The position numbers and the translations under genes were made by a program. The notes beneath the pieces were generated by a model. It saw nothing but the letters and a program-made list of their open reading frames with translations, was not told the origin of the DNA and did not search any database. From an uncultured Actinomycetota bacterium (GTDB lineage Bacteria > Actinomycetota > Actinomycetes > S36-B12), in the NCBI GenBank assembly GCA_963749905.1, contig CAVVOF010000006.1, forward strand, positions 208,162 through 272,161: a stretch of DNA of 64,000 nucleotides. Reading direction: 5' to 3'. Shown here one piece after another: positions 12,966-23,988 of the stretch (positions are counted from its first letter, which is position 1; each line of letters opens with the position of its first letter).

Positions 12966-14397
12966 GAGCCGCCCTCCCGCGCCCGCAGCAGATCGAGCAC
13001 CTCCGGGCCGATCATGCCGATGTCGCCCGCACCCAGCGTCATGATGATGTCGCCGGGTCGAGCGCGCTCGACCAGATGGCCGGCGACGGCCGACCACGAG
13101 GGCTCGAACACCACCTGCTCAGGCGGCAGCGGGACGTTGGCGGCCATCGTCTGGCCGCTGGCACCCGGGATCGCCGTCTCGCCCGGTGCGAAGACCTCCA
13201 GCACCACGACCTCGTCGGCCAGTCCCAATGCCGCGCCGAACTCCTGCAGAGAACAGCGCCGTCCGGTAGTAGTGATGCGCCTGGAAGGCCGCCACGATGC
13301 GCCCCTCGCCGACGACGTCTCGGGCGGCGAGCAGCGTGGCCTCGATCTCCGTCGGATGGTGGGCGTAGTCGTCGAAGACTCGGATGCCGCCCACCTGGCC
13401 CTTGAAGTCGAAGCGACGACGGGTCCCGCTGAACGAGCCGAGCCCGGCTCGCAGGTCACGTCGCCGGGTAGTCGAGGCCGAGGCCGGTGACGAAGGCGCC
13501 CAGAGCGTTCAGCGCGTTGTGCCGGCCCGGCACCTGCAGAGCGATCTCGCCGAGCCGCACACCGTTGTGCACGGTGTCGAACACCCAGCCCAGGGGCGCG
13601 GCATCCTCCGCCGTGCCGCCTCCGCCGCCGATCCGCGCATCGGTGAGCCGGTAGTCGGCCTCGTGCGACTCCCCATACGTACGCACGTCGACGCCGGCCT
13701 CCATGGCCCGCTGCGCGAGCCGCGCGCCCCCACGATCATCGACGCAGACGACGATGAATCCGTCGCGATCGCGGATGCCGGTCGCGAAGTCCAGGAAGGC
13801 CTGCTCGATCGCCTCGAAGGTGCCCCAGTGATCGAGGTGGTCCGGCTCGACGTTGGTGACGACGGCCGCCACCGGCTCGAGGACGAGGAAGGCGCCGTCG
13901 CTCTCATCCGCCTCCACCACGAAGATGTCGCCGGATCCGAGGTGCGCGTTCGACCCGGACTCGTTGAGCTCGCTGCCGATGGCGAACGACGGGTCGGCGC
14001 CGCAGTGCTGGAGCGCGACGGTCAGCATCGACGTGGTGGTCGTCTTGCCGTGGGTGCCGGCGACGGCCACTCCCCTGCTGCCGGCCATCACCAGGGCGAG
14101 GGCGTCGGCTCGGCTGAGTTCCGGCAGTCCACGCTCCCGGGCCGCTGCCCGCTCGACGTTGGACTCGGGGATGGCGGTGGATACCACGATCGCGTCGACC
14201 GTCTCGATCATCGCGGGGTCATGGCCGACCCGCGCGTCGACCCCGACGGCCCGCAGCGCCTGCAGCCGTCGGGAGTCCTTGGCATCCGTGCCCGAGACCG
14301 TCAGCCCCTGGGCAACCATGATCCGGGCGATCCCGGACATGCCCGCCCCGCCGATGCCCACGATGTGCACGCGACCGAGGTCCTGCGACGCCGTCAC
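12962..14397 (-). CDS. murC: UDP-N-acetylmuramate--L-alanine ligase; two apparent frameshifts (~13458, ~13250)
   Basis: [15 protein letters not shown] and [11 protein letters not shown] in ORF 13456..14397. [16 protein letters not shown] in ORF 13119..13394. The C-terminus [15 protein letters not shown] is in ORF 12962..13459. Confidence 0.92.
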
Positions 14398-15467
14398 CTT
14401 CCACCTCCGGTAGCTGCCTCGATGACGACGCGCGCCATCTGCTCATCGGCATCCCGCACTCCGTGGCGGCTGGCCGCCGCCCCCATGGCGGAGAGCCTGT
14501 CGCCATCGTGCAGGACGGAGGCGCTCGTTCGTGTGAGCCACTCCGCGGTCAGGTCGGCATCGTCGATGATCAGTCCGCCGCCGGCCCGCACGACCGGCAG
14601 GGCGTTGAGCCGCTGCTCGCCGTTGCCGATGGGCAGCGGCACGTAGATCGCGGGCAGGCCGACGGCCGCGAGCTCGGCGCAGGTCATGGCACCGGCCCTG
14701 GTCACCGCGAGGTCGGCGGCCGCGTACGCGAGGTCCATCCGGTCGATGAACGGGACCGGGACGTACCCGGGCGACGCCGCCGGGACCTCGTTGCGGGCGC
14801 CGAAGGCATGCAGGATCTCGATGCCGTCCGTCTCGAGCGCGACGCGGGACGCCGCCACCACCTCGTTCAGCCGCTGGGCGCCCTGGGACCCGCCGAAGAC
14901 CAGCAGCACCGGTGCAGCGGGATCCAGCCCGAAGAACTCCCGGGCCTGGTCACGAGTCCCGCCGCGGTCCAGGGTCGCGATGGCATGTCGCAGCGGCAGT
15001 GCCATCCGACGTGCCCCGCGGAGCACCTGCGGATCCGTCGCGTAGACGTGCGGCGTGAAGCGGGCGGCCAGCTTGTTCGCCAGCCCCGCCCGGGCGTTCG
15101 CCTCATGGACGACGAGCGGCGTACGCGTGCGGCGGGCAGCCAGGTAGGCGGGCACCGCCGCGTAGCCGCCGAAGCCCACCACGACGTCGGCCCGCCGGCT
15201 CTGGATCACGTCCGCGGCCTGGGCCACCGCGCGGCGCAGACGCGGTCCGAGCCGGAGCAGATCGGCTCCCGGTCGCCGGGGCATCGGCACCGCGGGCACC
15301 GTGACCAGGTCGTAGCCCCGGGCCGGCACGAGCGTGGTCTCCAATCCGCGGTCGCTGCCGATGACCGTGATCGTCACGTCCGGGTCCTGACGCCTCAGGG
15401 CGTCACCGACGTTGAGGGCGGGCTCGATATGGCCACCCGTGCCGCCCGCAGCGAGGATGACGTGCAC
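14394..15467 (-). CDS. murG: Lipid II glycosyltransferase MurG
   Basis: VHVILAAGGTGGHIEPAL follows GTG at 15467, directly after the ftsW stop. Also LVFGGSQGA and TRAGAMTCAELAAVGLPAIYVPLP. Confidence 0.93.
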   Translation of the reverse strand: MHVILAAGGTGGHIEPALNVGDALRRQDPDVTITVIGSDRGLETTLVPARGYDLVTVPAVPMPRRPGADLLRLGPRLRRAVAQAADVIQSRRADVVVGFGGYAAVPAYLAARRTRTPLVVHEANARAGLANKLAARFTPHVYATDPQVLRGARRMALPLRHAIATLDRGGTRDQAREFFGLDPAAPVLLVFGGSQGAQRLNEVVAASRVALETDGIEILHAFGARNEVPAASPGYVPVPFIDRMDLAYAAADLAVTRAGAMTCAELAAVGLPAIYVPLPIGNGEQRLNALPVVRAGGGLIIDDADLTAEWLTRTSASVLHDGDRLSAMGAAASRHGVRDADEQMARVVIEAATGGGR

Positions 15468-15468
15468 C

Positions 15469-16677
15469 TCAGCGCCGTCGCAGTGCTTCTGCGGTGCTCC
15501 GGCGGCGAAGGGCGCGCCGAGCATCCGGCTCAGCCTTGGCGAAGGCCATCAGCATGCCCAGCGCCACCAGGGTCGGGATCAGCGACGAGCCGCCGTAGGA
15601 GACCAACGGCAGCGGCACACCGGTCACCGGCAGCAGGCCGAGCACGCCGCCGATGTTGATGACGGCCTGGACGACGATCCAGGAGCCGACGCCGGCCGCG
15701 GCCAGCCGTACGAACGGGTCCCGGGTGTTCCGCGACAGGCGGAAGATGGCGAAGGCCAGCAGCCCGAACATCGCGAGCACGGCGAGCGTCCCGGCCAGTC
15801 CGAGCTCCTCGCCGATCACCGGGAAGATGAAGTCGGTGTGCGCCTCGGGCAGGGAGCCCCACTTCTCCCGGCTCGCGCCGAGGCCCACGCCCCAGAACCC
15901 ACCGGTGCCGAGGGCGTACTGGCCCTGGCTGACCTGCCACCCGAAGCCGAGCCGATCCGCATCCGGGTCCAGCCACGACGTGAATCTCTGCATCCGATAC
16001 GGCGCGGCCAGGGTGAGCAGCAGGATGCCGAGCAGCCCGGCGCCGCCCAGGGCCGCGAACAGCCGCATGGGCGCGCCGGCCGCGAAGAGGATGCCGCCGG
16101 TGATGGCCGCGAGCATCAGGGTGTTGCCGAAGTCGCCCTCGAGCAGGACCAGCGCCATCATCAGTGCCGCGACCGGCAGCAGCGGGAACAGCAGGGTCCG
16201 CCAGGAGTCGAGCCGCTGGTCGCGACGGGAGAGCAGGTTCGCGCCCCACACGACGAGGGCGATCTTGGCGAACTCGGATGGCTGCAGGCGGAACGGCCCG
16301 ATGATCTCGATCCAGTTGCGCTGCCCAGCCACCTCGACGCCGATCACCAGGACGGCCACGAGCAGGACGAACGCGATCGCCATCAGCACCCATGCGAACC
16401 CCCGCCAGAACTGCACGGAGGTGCGCGACACCAGGATCATCGCCACCACGCCGATCACGGCGAACATCAGCTGGCGCTGGGCGAGCGTGTAGGCGGAGCC
16501 GAACACGCGGAAGCTCTCGATGCTCGAGGCGGACAGCACCATGATCAGCCCGAGCACGAGGAGCAGCAGGGTGGTGCCGAGCAGCAGGTAGTACGTGCTC
16601 AGCGGATGGTTGAGCAGGAAGGCCAGCCGGCCCGGCTTCCTGGCGGCGGCGCTCGGCGCCGCCTTCGTGTCGGTCAT
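15469..16677 (-). CDS. ftsW: SEDS-family peptidoglycan glycosyltransferase FtsW
   Basis: ATG 16677 (MTDTKAAP) forms an ATGA overlap with the murD stop. Motifs LQPSEFAKIAL and LPLVSYGGSS, polytopic. Confidence 0.93.
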   Translation of the reverse strand: MTDTKAAPSAAARKPGRLAFLLNHPLSTYYLLLGTTLLLLVLGLIMVLSASSIESFRVFGSAYTLAQRQLMFAVIGVVAMILVSRTSVQFWRGFAWVLMAIAFVLLVAVLVIGVEVAGQRNWIEIIGPFRLQPSEFAKIALVVWGANLLSRRDQRLDSWRTLLFPLLPVAALMMALVLLEGDFGNTLMLAAITGGILFAAGAPMRLFAALGGAGLLGILLLTLAAPYRMQRFTSWLDPDADRLGFGWQVSQGQYALGTGGFWGVGLGASREKWGSLPEAHTDFIFPVIGEELGLAGTLAVLAMFGLLAFAIFRLSRNTRDPFVRLAAAGVGSWIVVQAVINIGGVLGLLPVTGVPLPLVSYGGSSLIPTLVALGMLMAFAKAEPDARRALRRRSTAEALRRR

Positions 16678-18152
16678 GGGGTGCCGTCCAGAGCGGGGAC
16701 GAAGCCCGGCAGCGTCGCCACCGCGTCGGCGAACTGCCGACCCCGATCCGAGTAGTCGCGGAACATGTCCCACGACGCGCACCCCGGCGCTAGGAGAACG
16801 GTGTCCCCCGGCTCGGCGAGCGACGCGGCGTGCTGGACCACCTCGGCCATGGCCCCAGTCTCACGGGTCTCGACGACGATGACGGGGACATCCGGAGCGT
16901 GTCGGGCCAGTGCTTCGGCGATGGCGCCACGATCGACGCCGAGCAGGACCACGCCCCGCAGGCGGTCCCGCGCGGCCACCACCAACGCGTCGAAATCCTG
17001 CCCCTTCGCCATCCCGCCGGCGATCCACACGACCGGCCGATAGGCGGACAGCGACGTCTGTGCGGCATGGGTGTTGGTGGCCTTCGAATCGTCGACGTAG
17101 GTCACGTCTCGGGCCACCCCGACACGTGAGATCCGGTGATCAGCCGGCTCGAATGAGCGCAGACCGTCCCGCACGGCGACGGGCGGCACGCCGAAGGCGC
17201 GGGCCAGGGCCGCCGCGGCAAGCGCATTGGCCACGTTGTGCGGCGCGGCCGGTCGAACGTCGGCGACGGACGCGAGCTCCTGGGCCCGCTCAGCCCGATC
17301 CTCGACGAAGGCACGATCCACCAGGAGGTCGTCGACGACGCCGAGCATCGACAGTCCGGGTGTGCCGAGGGTGAAGCCAATCGCCCGGCACCCTTCGACG
17401 ACATCGGCTTCCTCCACCATGCGGAGGGTCGTCACGTCCTCGACGTTGTAGACAGCCGCATCCTGGACTCGCTCGTAGATCCGCGACTTCACGCGTACGT
17501 ACTCGGCCATCGACCCGAAGTGGTCGAGGTGATCATCGGCGATGTTGAGGCAGACCGCGGCGACCGGACTGATCGAGTGCACGAACGGCAGCTGCGGCGC
17601 ACCCACCTCGATGGCGATCACCTCGAGGTCGTCGTGCATGACCGCGTCGACCAGCGAGGACCCGATATTGCCGGCGGCCGCGGTCCGGTACCCGGCCGCC
17701 CGCAGCATGGACTCGAGCATCAAGGTGGCGGTCGTCTTCCCATTGGTGCCGGTGATGCACAGCCACGCCGCGGCCCTCTCGGGATCACGCAGTCGCCAGG
17801 CCAGCTCGAGCTCGCCCCACACCGGGATGCCGCGCTCGAGCGCATCGAGGATGACCGGGTCGGCCGGACGCAGTCCCGGCGACACCACCAGGAGGTCGGT
17901 CCCCTCCGGCACGCCGCCGGCGTGGCCGAGCAGGGTGCGGACCCCGATCACGTCGAGGATGTCCGCCCGCTCGCGCTGCCGCTCGCCGTCCGCGGCGTCG
18001 ATGACCGTGACCCGGGCGCCGAGCTGGGCCAGGGCGTCGGCGCACGCGAAGCCCGCCACGCCGATGCCGGCGACGACGACCGACCACTCGCTCCAGTCGG
18101 ATCCCCGGTGCAGGGCGTCCGGATCCCTGGCGGCGCCGGGTTCAGGGGTCAC
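16674..18152 (-). CDS. murD: UDP-N-acetylmuramoylalanine--D-glutamate ligase
   Basis: Lower 492 aa of the artefactual 847-aa ORF 16674..19217. GTG 18152 forms a GTGA overlap with the mraY stop. Motifs ITGTNGKTTAT and DDSKATN. Confidence 0.93.
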   Translation of the reverse strand: MTPEPGAARDPDALHRGSDWSEWSVVVAGIGVAGFACADALAQLGARVTVIDAADGERQRERADILDVIGVRTLLGHAGGVPEGTDLLVVSPGLRPADPVILDALERGIPVWGELELAWRLRDPERAAAWLCITGTNGKTTATLMLESMLRAAGYRTAAAGNIGSSLVDAVMHDDLEVIAIEVGAPQLPFVHSISPVAAVCLNIADDHLDHFGSMAEYVRVKSRIYERVQDAAVYNVEDVTTLRMVEEADVVEGCRAIGFTLGTPGLSMLGVVDDLLVDRAFVEDRAERAQELASVADVRPAAPHNVANALAAAALARAFGVPPVAVRDGLRSFEPADHRISRVGVARDVTYVDDSKATNTHAAQTSLSAYRPVVWIAGGMAKGQDFDALVVAARDRLRGVVLLGVDRGAIAEALARHAPDVPVIVVETRETGAMAEVVQHAASLAEPGDTVLLAPGCASWDMFRDYSDRGRQFADAVATLPGFVPALDGTP

Positions 18153-19217
18153 GAGCGCACCCACTCCGCGTAGAACAACGCGAGTCCGGCGCCGATGAAC
18201 AGGCCCTGGATGATCCAGAACCGCACGACGATCTGGATCTCCGGCCACCCGACCATCTCGAAGTGGTGGTGCAGCGGAGCCATGCGGAACACCCGTCGGC
18301 CGGTGAGCTTGAAGGATCCGACTTGGAGGATGACCGACACCGAGACGATGAGGAACAGCCCGGCCGTGAACGGCAGCAGCAGCTCCGTCCGGCTGAAGAT
18401 GGCGAGTCCGGCGATCGCGCCACCGAGCGCGAGCGAGCCGGTGTCGCCCATGAAGATGCGCGCGGGGGACGTGTTCCACCACAGGAACCCGAAGGTCGCG
18501 CCCGCCGCCGCCGCCGCGACGATGGCCAGGTCCAGTGGATTTGCCGTCGGATAGCAGGTGGAGCTGACGACGAAGTAGCAGGACTGCCCGTACTGCCAGA
18601 CGCTGATCAGGACGTAGGCGAGGAAGGACGCGAACGCCGCCCCGGTGGCCAGGCCGTCCAGGCCGTCCGTCAGGTTCACGCCGTTGGTCGTGGCCGTGAT
18701 GAGGAACCAGACCCAGAGCAGGAAGAGCCCCAGCGGGAGCACGATGGCGGTGTCGCGCAGGAAGGAGATGGCCATGGACGCCGGGGTGTCCCCCGACGTG
18801 TTCGGGAAGTTGACCGACAGGTAGGCGAAGCTGAACGCGACGACGGCCTGGCCGATCAGCTTGGTCCGCGCCCGCAGCCCGGTGCTCCGCTGCTTGAAGA
18901 TCTTCAGGTAGTCGTCCGCGACGCCGACCAGGCCCAGCCCGACCATCAGGTACAGGATCAGCAGGCCGGAGGGGGTCATCGGTCGCCAGACGATCAGGTG
19001 CGTCAGCAGGTACGACGCGACGACGCCGACGATGATCGCCACGCCGCCCATCGAGGGCGTGCCCCGCTTGCTCTCGTGGTCCGGATAGGTGAGGTCGTCC
19101 GACGAGGAGCGGATGGCCTGGGCGTAGCCGTGCCGCGCGAGGAAGCGGATGAGCAGCGGCGTGCCGATCAGCGACACGAGCGCCGCGATGCGTCATGGCG
19201 ATGACGACGAGTCTCAT
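18149..19217 (-). CDS. mraY: Phospho-N-acetylmuramoyl-pentapeptide transferase; apparent frameshift near 19190
   Basis: MRLVVIAMT from ATG 19217 (ATGA overlap with the murF stop) switches frame into IAALVSLIGTPLLIRFL of ORF 18149..19177. Motifs NLTDGLDGLA, FMGDTGSLALGG and APLHHHFE. Confidence 0.93.
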
Positions 19218-20629
19218 GACCGGACCTCCGGTCCGGACGGCGCCACAAGCGCGTCGGCGACCCGCTCGAGCCCGATGCTCCGGGACGCCTTCACGAGGAC
19301 CACATCACCGGGCTGCACCTCACCGAGCAGCAGGGCGATCGCGGCGTCGACGTCCGCGACGTGCATGGACTCGTTGCCCCAGGAGCCCTCGTTCGCCGCC
19401 GCGAGGTACATCACGCGGGTCGCGTCGCCGACGCACACGAGCCTGGAGATGTCGAGGCGGACGACCAGCCGCCCGATCGCGTCGTGCTCCTCCAGCGCAG
19501 ACTCGCCGAGCTCGCGCATCTCCCCCAGCACCGCCCAGGTCCGGCGTCCCTGGCCGATGACGGCCAGCGCCTTGAGCGCCGCGCGCATCGACTCGGGGTT
19601 GGCGTTGTAGGCGTCGTTGACGACGGTCAGGCCGCTGTCCGTCTCGACGACCTCCATGCGCCAGCGGCTGGCCGGCGCCGCCTCGCTCAACGCCGTCTGC
19701 ACGAGCGGGAACGGCACGCCGAGCGCGAGTGCTGCGCCCGCAGCGGCCGTGGCGTTGGCAACCTGGTGCTCGCCGGCGACGCGAAGGGACACCCGGCCGG
19801 TCTCCCCCGTCGGCGCCCACGTCAGCGTGAAGGACGCCCGCGCCACGGCGTCCAGGGAGACATCGGTCGCACGGGCGTCGCAGTCGGCGGACTCGCCCAC
19901 CAGCACTGCCCGTGCTGCACAGCCCCCGGCCAGCTCGCGGATGAGGGGATCGTCGCCGTTGAGCACCGCAACCGCATCCGGACGGAGGTCGCGGACGATC
20001 TCGCCCTTCGCTTTGACGATGGCCTCTCGACTGCCGAGCATGCCCAGGTGCGCGGAGCCCACGTTGATGAGGACGCCGACGTCCGGATCGGCGAGCCCGA
20101 CGAGGTAGCTGATGTGACCCTCACCGCGCATGCCCATCTCAAGGACCAGGTACTCGGTGTCCGCGTCCGCGCTCAGGATGGTGAGCGGGACACCGACCTC
20201 CGTGTTGAAGGAGCCCACCGCGCTCACCGTCCGGCCCGCGCTGCCGAGCACCGCAGCGGTGAGGTCCTTGGTGCTGGTCTTGCCGCTCGAGCCGGTGATG
20301 GCCACCACCCGGCAGGTCAGACGGCGACGGACCCACGCGGCCAGCCGGCCCAGCGCCAGCACGGGATCGTCCACGACGATGCAGGGCACTGGGTCGCCGG
20401 CCGAGTCCGAGAGCTCTCGGTCGGTCAGGACCGCGACGGCTCCGTCCGAGACGGCGGCGACGGCGAAGTCATGCCCGTCCACGCGCTCGCCCTTGATGGC
20501 CACGAAGAGCGATCCACGTGCCACCGCACGCGAGTCGGCGGCGACACCCGCCACCGCGGACTCGGGGTCGGCACCGACCACGCGGCCGTCGACGGCCGCG
20601 GCCACCTCGGCGACCGTCATCGGGATCAC
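19214..20629 (-). CDS. murF: UDP-MurNAc-tripeptide--D-alanyl-D-alanine ligase
   Basis: ITGSSGKTSTKD and NDAYNANPESM; intact 471-aa ORF. Confidence 0.93.
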   Translation of the reverse strand: MIPMTVAEVAAAVDGRVVGADPESAVAGVAADSRAVARGSLFVAIKGERVDGHDFAVAAVSDGAVAVLTDRELSDSAGDPVPCIVVDDPVLALGRLAAWVRRRLTCRVVAITGSSGKTSTKDLTAAVLGSAGRTVSAVGSFNTEVGVPLTILSADADTEYLVLEMGMRGEGHISYLVGLADPDVGVLINVGSAHLGMLGSREAIVKAKGEIVRDLRPDAVAVLNGDDPLIRELAGGCAARAVLVGESADCDARATDVSLDAVARASFTLTWAPTGETGRVSLRVAGEHQVANATAAAGAALALGVPFPLVQTALSEAAPASRWRMEVVETDSGLTVVNDAYNANPESMRAALKALAVIGQGRRTWAVLGEMRELGESALEEHDAIGRLVVRLDISRLVCVGDATRVMYLAAANEGSWGNESMHVADVDAAIALLLGEVQPGDVVLVKASRSIGLERVADALVAPSGPEVRS

Positions 20630-22161
20630 GACAGCTGACCTCCGGCACGAAGGCGATCCTGCCGGGCCTCGAGTGCGGCGCGCAGGACGGTGGCGTCGTC
20701 GAACGGCGTGACCACTCCCGCGGCCTCCTGGCCCTGCTCGTGGCCCTTCCCCAGCACCAGCACCATGTCTCCCGACTCGGCCGACTCCACCGCCACCGTA
20801 ATGGCTGCCGCCCGGTCCCCCACGTTCATGACCTCGGCGCGTTCCTGCGGTGGCACGTCGCCCGTGCCATCGAGGACCTGCCTGCGGATCTCCGCCGGGT
20901 CCTCCGATCGTGGATTGTCGTCGGTCACCACGACGACGTCGGCAAGCCGTGCGGCCACCTGGCCCATCAGCGGTCGCTTCGCGCGGTCGCGGTCACCGCC
21001 GGCGCCGAGGACGACGATCACCCGTCCCTCGCGGGCGTCGCGGGCCGCGCGGAGCACTCGCTCGACCGCGTCCGGCGAGTGGGCGTAGTCGACCACGCCC
21101 TGCACGCCAGCGACGTCCCCGGCGATCTCCATCCGTCCGGGCACGCGAGCGCGAGCGATGCCTTCGACCGCATCGTCGAGGGCGACTCCGGCGGCATCGA
21201 GCTGGGCGATCGCGCACACCGCGTTCGCCACGTTGAAGGCCCCCGGCATCGGCACCACAAGCCGATTGCGCACCCCGTCCGGACCGACCACCGACAGTCC
21301 CGAGGCATCGCGTGTCACGTGCCAGTCGGCGTGCGGATCCAGGAGCGACCAGGTGCGGATCGGGATCTCCGCACCGGCCGCGAGGGCGCGCCCCCACTCG
21401 TCGTCGACGCCCACGATGCCGCGACCCGCGTGCCGAGGCGTGAACAGCTCCGCCTTCGCGCGGAAGTAGTCCGCCATCGTCCCGTGGTAGTCGAGGTGGT
21501 CCTGGGTGAGGTTCGTGAACGCCACGACGTCGAACACCATGCCGTCGACCCGGTGCTCCTCGATCGCGATGCTGCTGACCTCCATGATCACCGAGTCCGC
21601 ACCTGCGTCCCGCATCACGCCGAGCAGCGCCTGCAGGTCGGTGGCCTCCGGGGTCGTGCGTACACCGGGGTAGTCGCGACCGGCCACCTGTACCCCGACG
21701 GTGCCGACCGAACCGATGACCCGGCCGGCCTGCTCGAGGCCGGCCGCCACCATGGCCGCGACGGTCGTCTTGCCGTTCGTGCCGGTGACGCCGAGCAGCT
21801 GCATGCCGGACGCCGGGTTGCCGTAGGCACGGGCCGCGATGTCACCCAGATGCGCCCGAGGGTTGTCGATCACCACGACGGGGACCGGCAGGCCGGCGCA
21901 CGCCGTCGCCCCCGCCTCGTCGGTCAGGACGGCCACCGCGCCCGCGCGCACGGCCGCCTCCGCGAAGCGGGCCCCATGGGTGACGTGTCCGGGCAGCGCC
22001 GCGTAGAGGTCACCTGGCTGGATGGCTCGTGAGTCCAGGCACACGCCGGTGACCTGCTGCTCGGCAGCGGACGCGTCGAGCCCGATGGGGAGCGCGCCAT
22101 CGGCTGCCAGCAGCGCGCCGAGCGATGTCGGCCGCGGCGTCGGGCGGGGACTCGACACCAC
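20626..22161 (-). CDS. murE: UDP-MurNAc-L-Ala-D-Glu--2,6-diaminopimelate ligase
   Basis: GTG 22161 lies just after the ftsI stop. Motifs VTGTNGKTT, DNPRSEDP and VVDYAHSPDA. Confidence 0.93.
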   Translation of the reverse strand: MVSSPRPTPRPTSLGALLAADGALPIGLDASAAEQQVTGVCLDSRAIQPGDLYAALPGHVTHGARFAEAAVRAGAVAVLTDEAGATACAGLPVPVVVIDNPRAHLGDIAARAYGNPASGMQLLGVTGTNGKTTVAAMVAAGLEQAGRVIGSVGTVGVQVAGRDYPGVRTTPEATDLQALLGVMRDAGADSVIMEVSSIAIEEHRVDGMVFDVVAFTNLTQDHLDYHGTMADYFRAKAELFTPRHAGRGIVGVDDEWGRALAAGAEIPIRTWSLLDPHADWHVTRDASGLSVVGPDGVRNRLVVPMPGAFNVANAVCAIAQLDAAGVALDDAVEGIARARVPGRMEIAGDVAGVQGVVDYAHSPDAVERVLRAARDAREGRVIVVLGAGGDRDRAKRPLMGQVAARLADVVVVTDDNPRSEDPAEIRRQVLDGTGDVPPQERAEVMNVGDRAAAITVAVESAESGDMVLVLGKGHEQGQEAAGVVTPFDDATVLRAALEARQDRLRAGGQLS

Positions 22162-22163
22162 CG

Positions 22164-23987
22164 CTACCCGCCCAGCGGCAGATTCGGCGCCTTGGTGCCG
22201 GTCGGGGGCACTCCGCGCGCCTGCAGCGCGTAGGTCATGACCCGCTGGAAGACCGGGCCACCGAGCTGGCCGCCGTAGCGACCGGCGCGGGGGTTGTTGA
22301 CGGACACCGCGACGACGAGTTCCGGGCTGTCGGCGGGTGCGATGCCGATGAACGACGCGACGACTCCGCTGTAGCACTTGCAGCTCTCCGAGAAGCGCTG
22401 CGCAGTGCCCGTCTTCCCACCCACGCGATACCCGGGGATGCCCGCCATCGGTGCCGTACCGCCCGGGCCGACCACCATCTCCAGCATGGCACGCACCTGC
22501 TTCGCCGTCGCGGCGCTCACCACCCGGGTGGTCTCGGGCGCCGGGGGCGTCTCGACAGTCCCGTCCGCGTGGATGTACTCGGCCACCAGGCTCGGCTGCA
22601 CCCGCACCCCGTCGTTGGCGACGGTCGCGAAGACGCTGGCGGCCTGCACGGCGTTGACGCTCAGTCCCTGACCGAAGGCGATCGTCGGCATCGATGTGGG
22701 CGACCAGTCCTTGTGGGCCGGGATGAAACCGGTGGCCTCGCCGGGGAAGTTCAGGCCCGTCGGCTCACCGATCCCGAACTTCTTGGCGTACTTGTAGAGC
22801 TTCTTCCCGCCGATCCGCTCGGCGGCCAGGATCGTGCCGATGTTGCTGGACTTGGCCATGATCCCGGCCAGGGTGAGGTCGATCGCCCCGTGCGGCGTGT
22901 GGTCGGGGAAGTCCTCCCCGGCCCGGACGAGCACGGGCGGGATGTGGATCACCGAGTAGGGGGTGGCCTTGCCCTCGTTCACGACGGCCGCGAGGGTCAT
23001 CAGCTTGCTCGTCGAGCCGGGCTCGAACACGTCGGTCAGTGCACGGCTGCCGCGATTGTCGGCAGTGGCACCGGCCGCGTCGTTGGCGTCGAACGTGGGC
23101 GCCTCGGCGAGTGCGAGGATCTGCCCGGTGCGCGGGTCCATGACGACGACGCTGCCGCTGTCGGCCCGCGCCTTGCGCACCGTCTCGGCGATCGCCTCCT
23201 GGGCGACGTACTGGATGTCGCGGTCGATCGTCAGCCGCACGGACGTGCCGGACTGGGCCTCCGTGCGCGAGCTGGCCGCGGTCGGGATCACGCCTCCCCC
23301 TGGACCGCGCTCGTACGTCTGGGTGCCGGGCGTCCCCGCCAGGATGTCCTGGAACGCGAACTCCAGCCCACCAAGGCCCTTGTCCTCGCCGCCCACGAAG
23401 CCGACGACGTTGGCGGCCACCTCGCCCCCGGGGTAGACGCGGCGGGCAGCCGGCTCGCTGAACAGGCCCGGCAGCCGGAGGGCCGAGATCCGATTCCACG
23501 TCTCCGGCGTCAGACCCTTGGCGACGTAGATGAAGCGTCGGTCGCCCGTCAGCCGTTCGGTCAGCGCCGCCGGATCGGCCCCGAGGATGGGCGCGAGCTG
23601 CTCGGCCACGGCCACCGGGTCGGTGACGAGGGTCTGGTCTGCGGTCAGGTTGCGCGCCTCCATCGTCAGCGCGAGCGGCTCACCCTTGCTGTCCAGGATC
23701 GAGCCGCGCACGGCCGGGATCTCCATGGTGCGCAGCCGCTGGTCCAGGGCCTCGGACGCGAGGGTCTCGCCGCGCACGGCCTGCAGCTCGACGAGTCGGG
23801 CGCCGAAGACACTCAGCACGAGGCCGGTGGTGATCAGCAGGATCGTGCCCCGCTTCCTCGGATCGGCCATGAACACGGCTGGCCGGCGAGGGCGCTGGGG
23901 CGGACGCGGAGGGGTGGTGCGGCGACGGGCGTCCGGCTGCGGGCGGCCGACGGCGCCGCGCGGACGAGGCGTGGCGCGAACGGTCAT
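22164..23987 (-). CDS. ftsI: Class B penicillin-binding protein (FtsI/PbpB)
   Basis: Transpeptidase motifs STSK, SSN and KTGT are all present, with an N-terminal TM segment and a dimerisation domain. Confidence 0.92.
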   Translation of the reverse strand: MTVRATPRPRGAVGRPQPDARRRTTPPRPPQRPRRPAVFMADPRKRGTILLITTGLVLSVFGARLVELQAVRGETLASEALDQRLRTMEIPAVRGSILDSKGEPLALTMEARNLTADQTLVTDPVAVAEQLAPILGADPAALTERLTGDRRFIYVAKGLTPETWNRISALRLPGLFSEPAARRVYPGGEVAANVVGFVGGEDKGLGGLEFAFQDILAGTPGTQTYERGPGGGVIPTAASSRTEAQSGTSVRLTIDRDIQYVAQEAIAETVRKARADSGSVVVMDPRTGQILALAEAPTFDANDAAGATADNRGSRALTDVFEPGSTSKLMTLAAVVNEGKATPYSVIHIPPVLVRAGEDFPDHTPHGAIDLTLAGIMAKSSNIGTILAAERIGGKKLYKYAKKFGIGEPTGLNFPGEATGFIPAHKDWSPTSMPTIAFGQGLSVNAVQAASVFATVANDGVRVQPSLVAEYIHADGTVETPPAPETTRVVSAATAKQVRAMLEMVVGPGGTAPMAGIPGYRVGGKTGTAQRFSESCKCYSGVVASFIGIAPADSPELVVAVSVNNPRAGRYGGQLGGPVFQRVMTYALQARGVPPTGTKAPNLPLGG

Positions 23988-23988
23988 C

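Noticed and set aside
16674-19217. 847-aa ORF that looks like a MurD fusion protein.
   Set aside because: The upper 355 codons are mraY read out of frame, made possible by the frameshift near 19190. murD starts at GTG 18152 with a GTGA overlap to the mraY stop.
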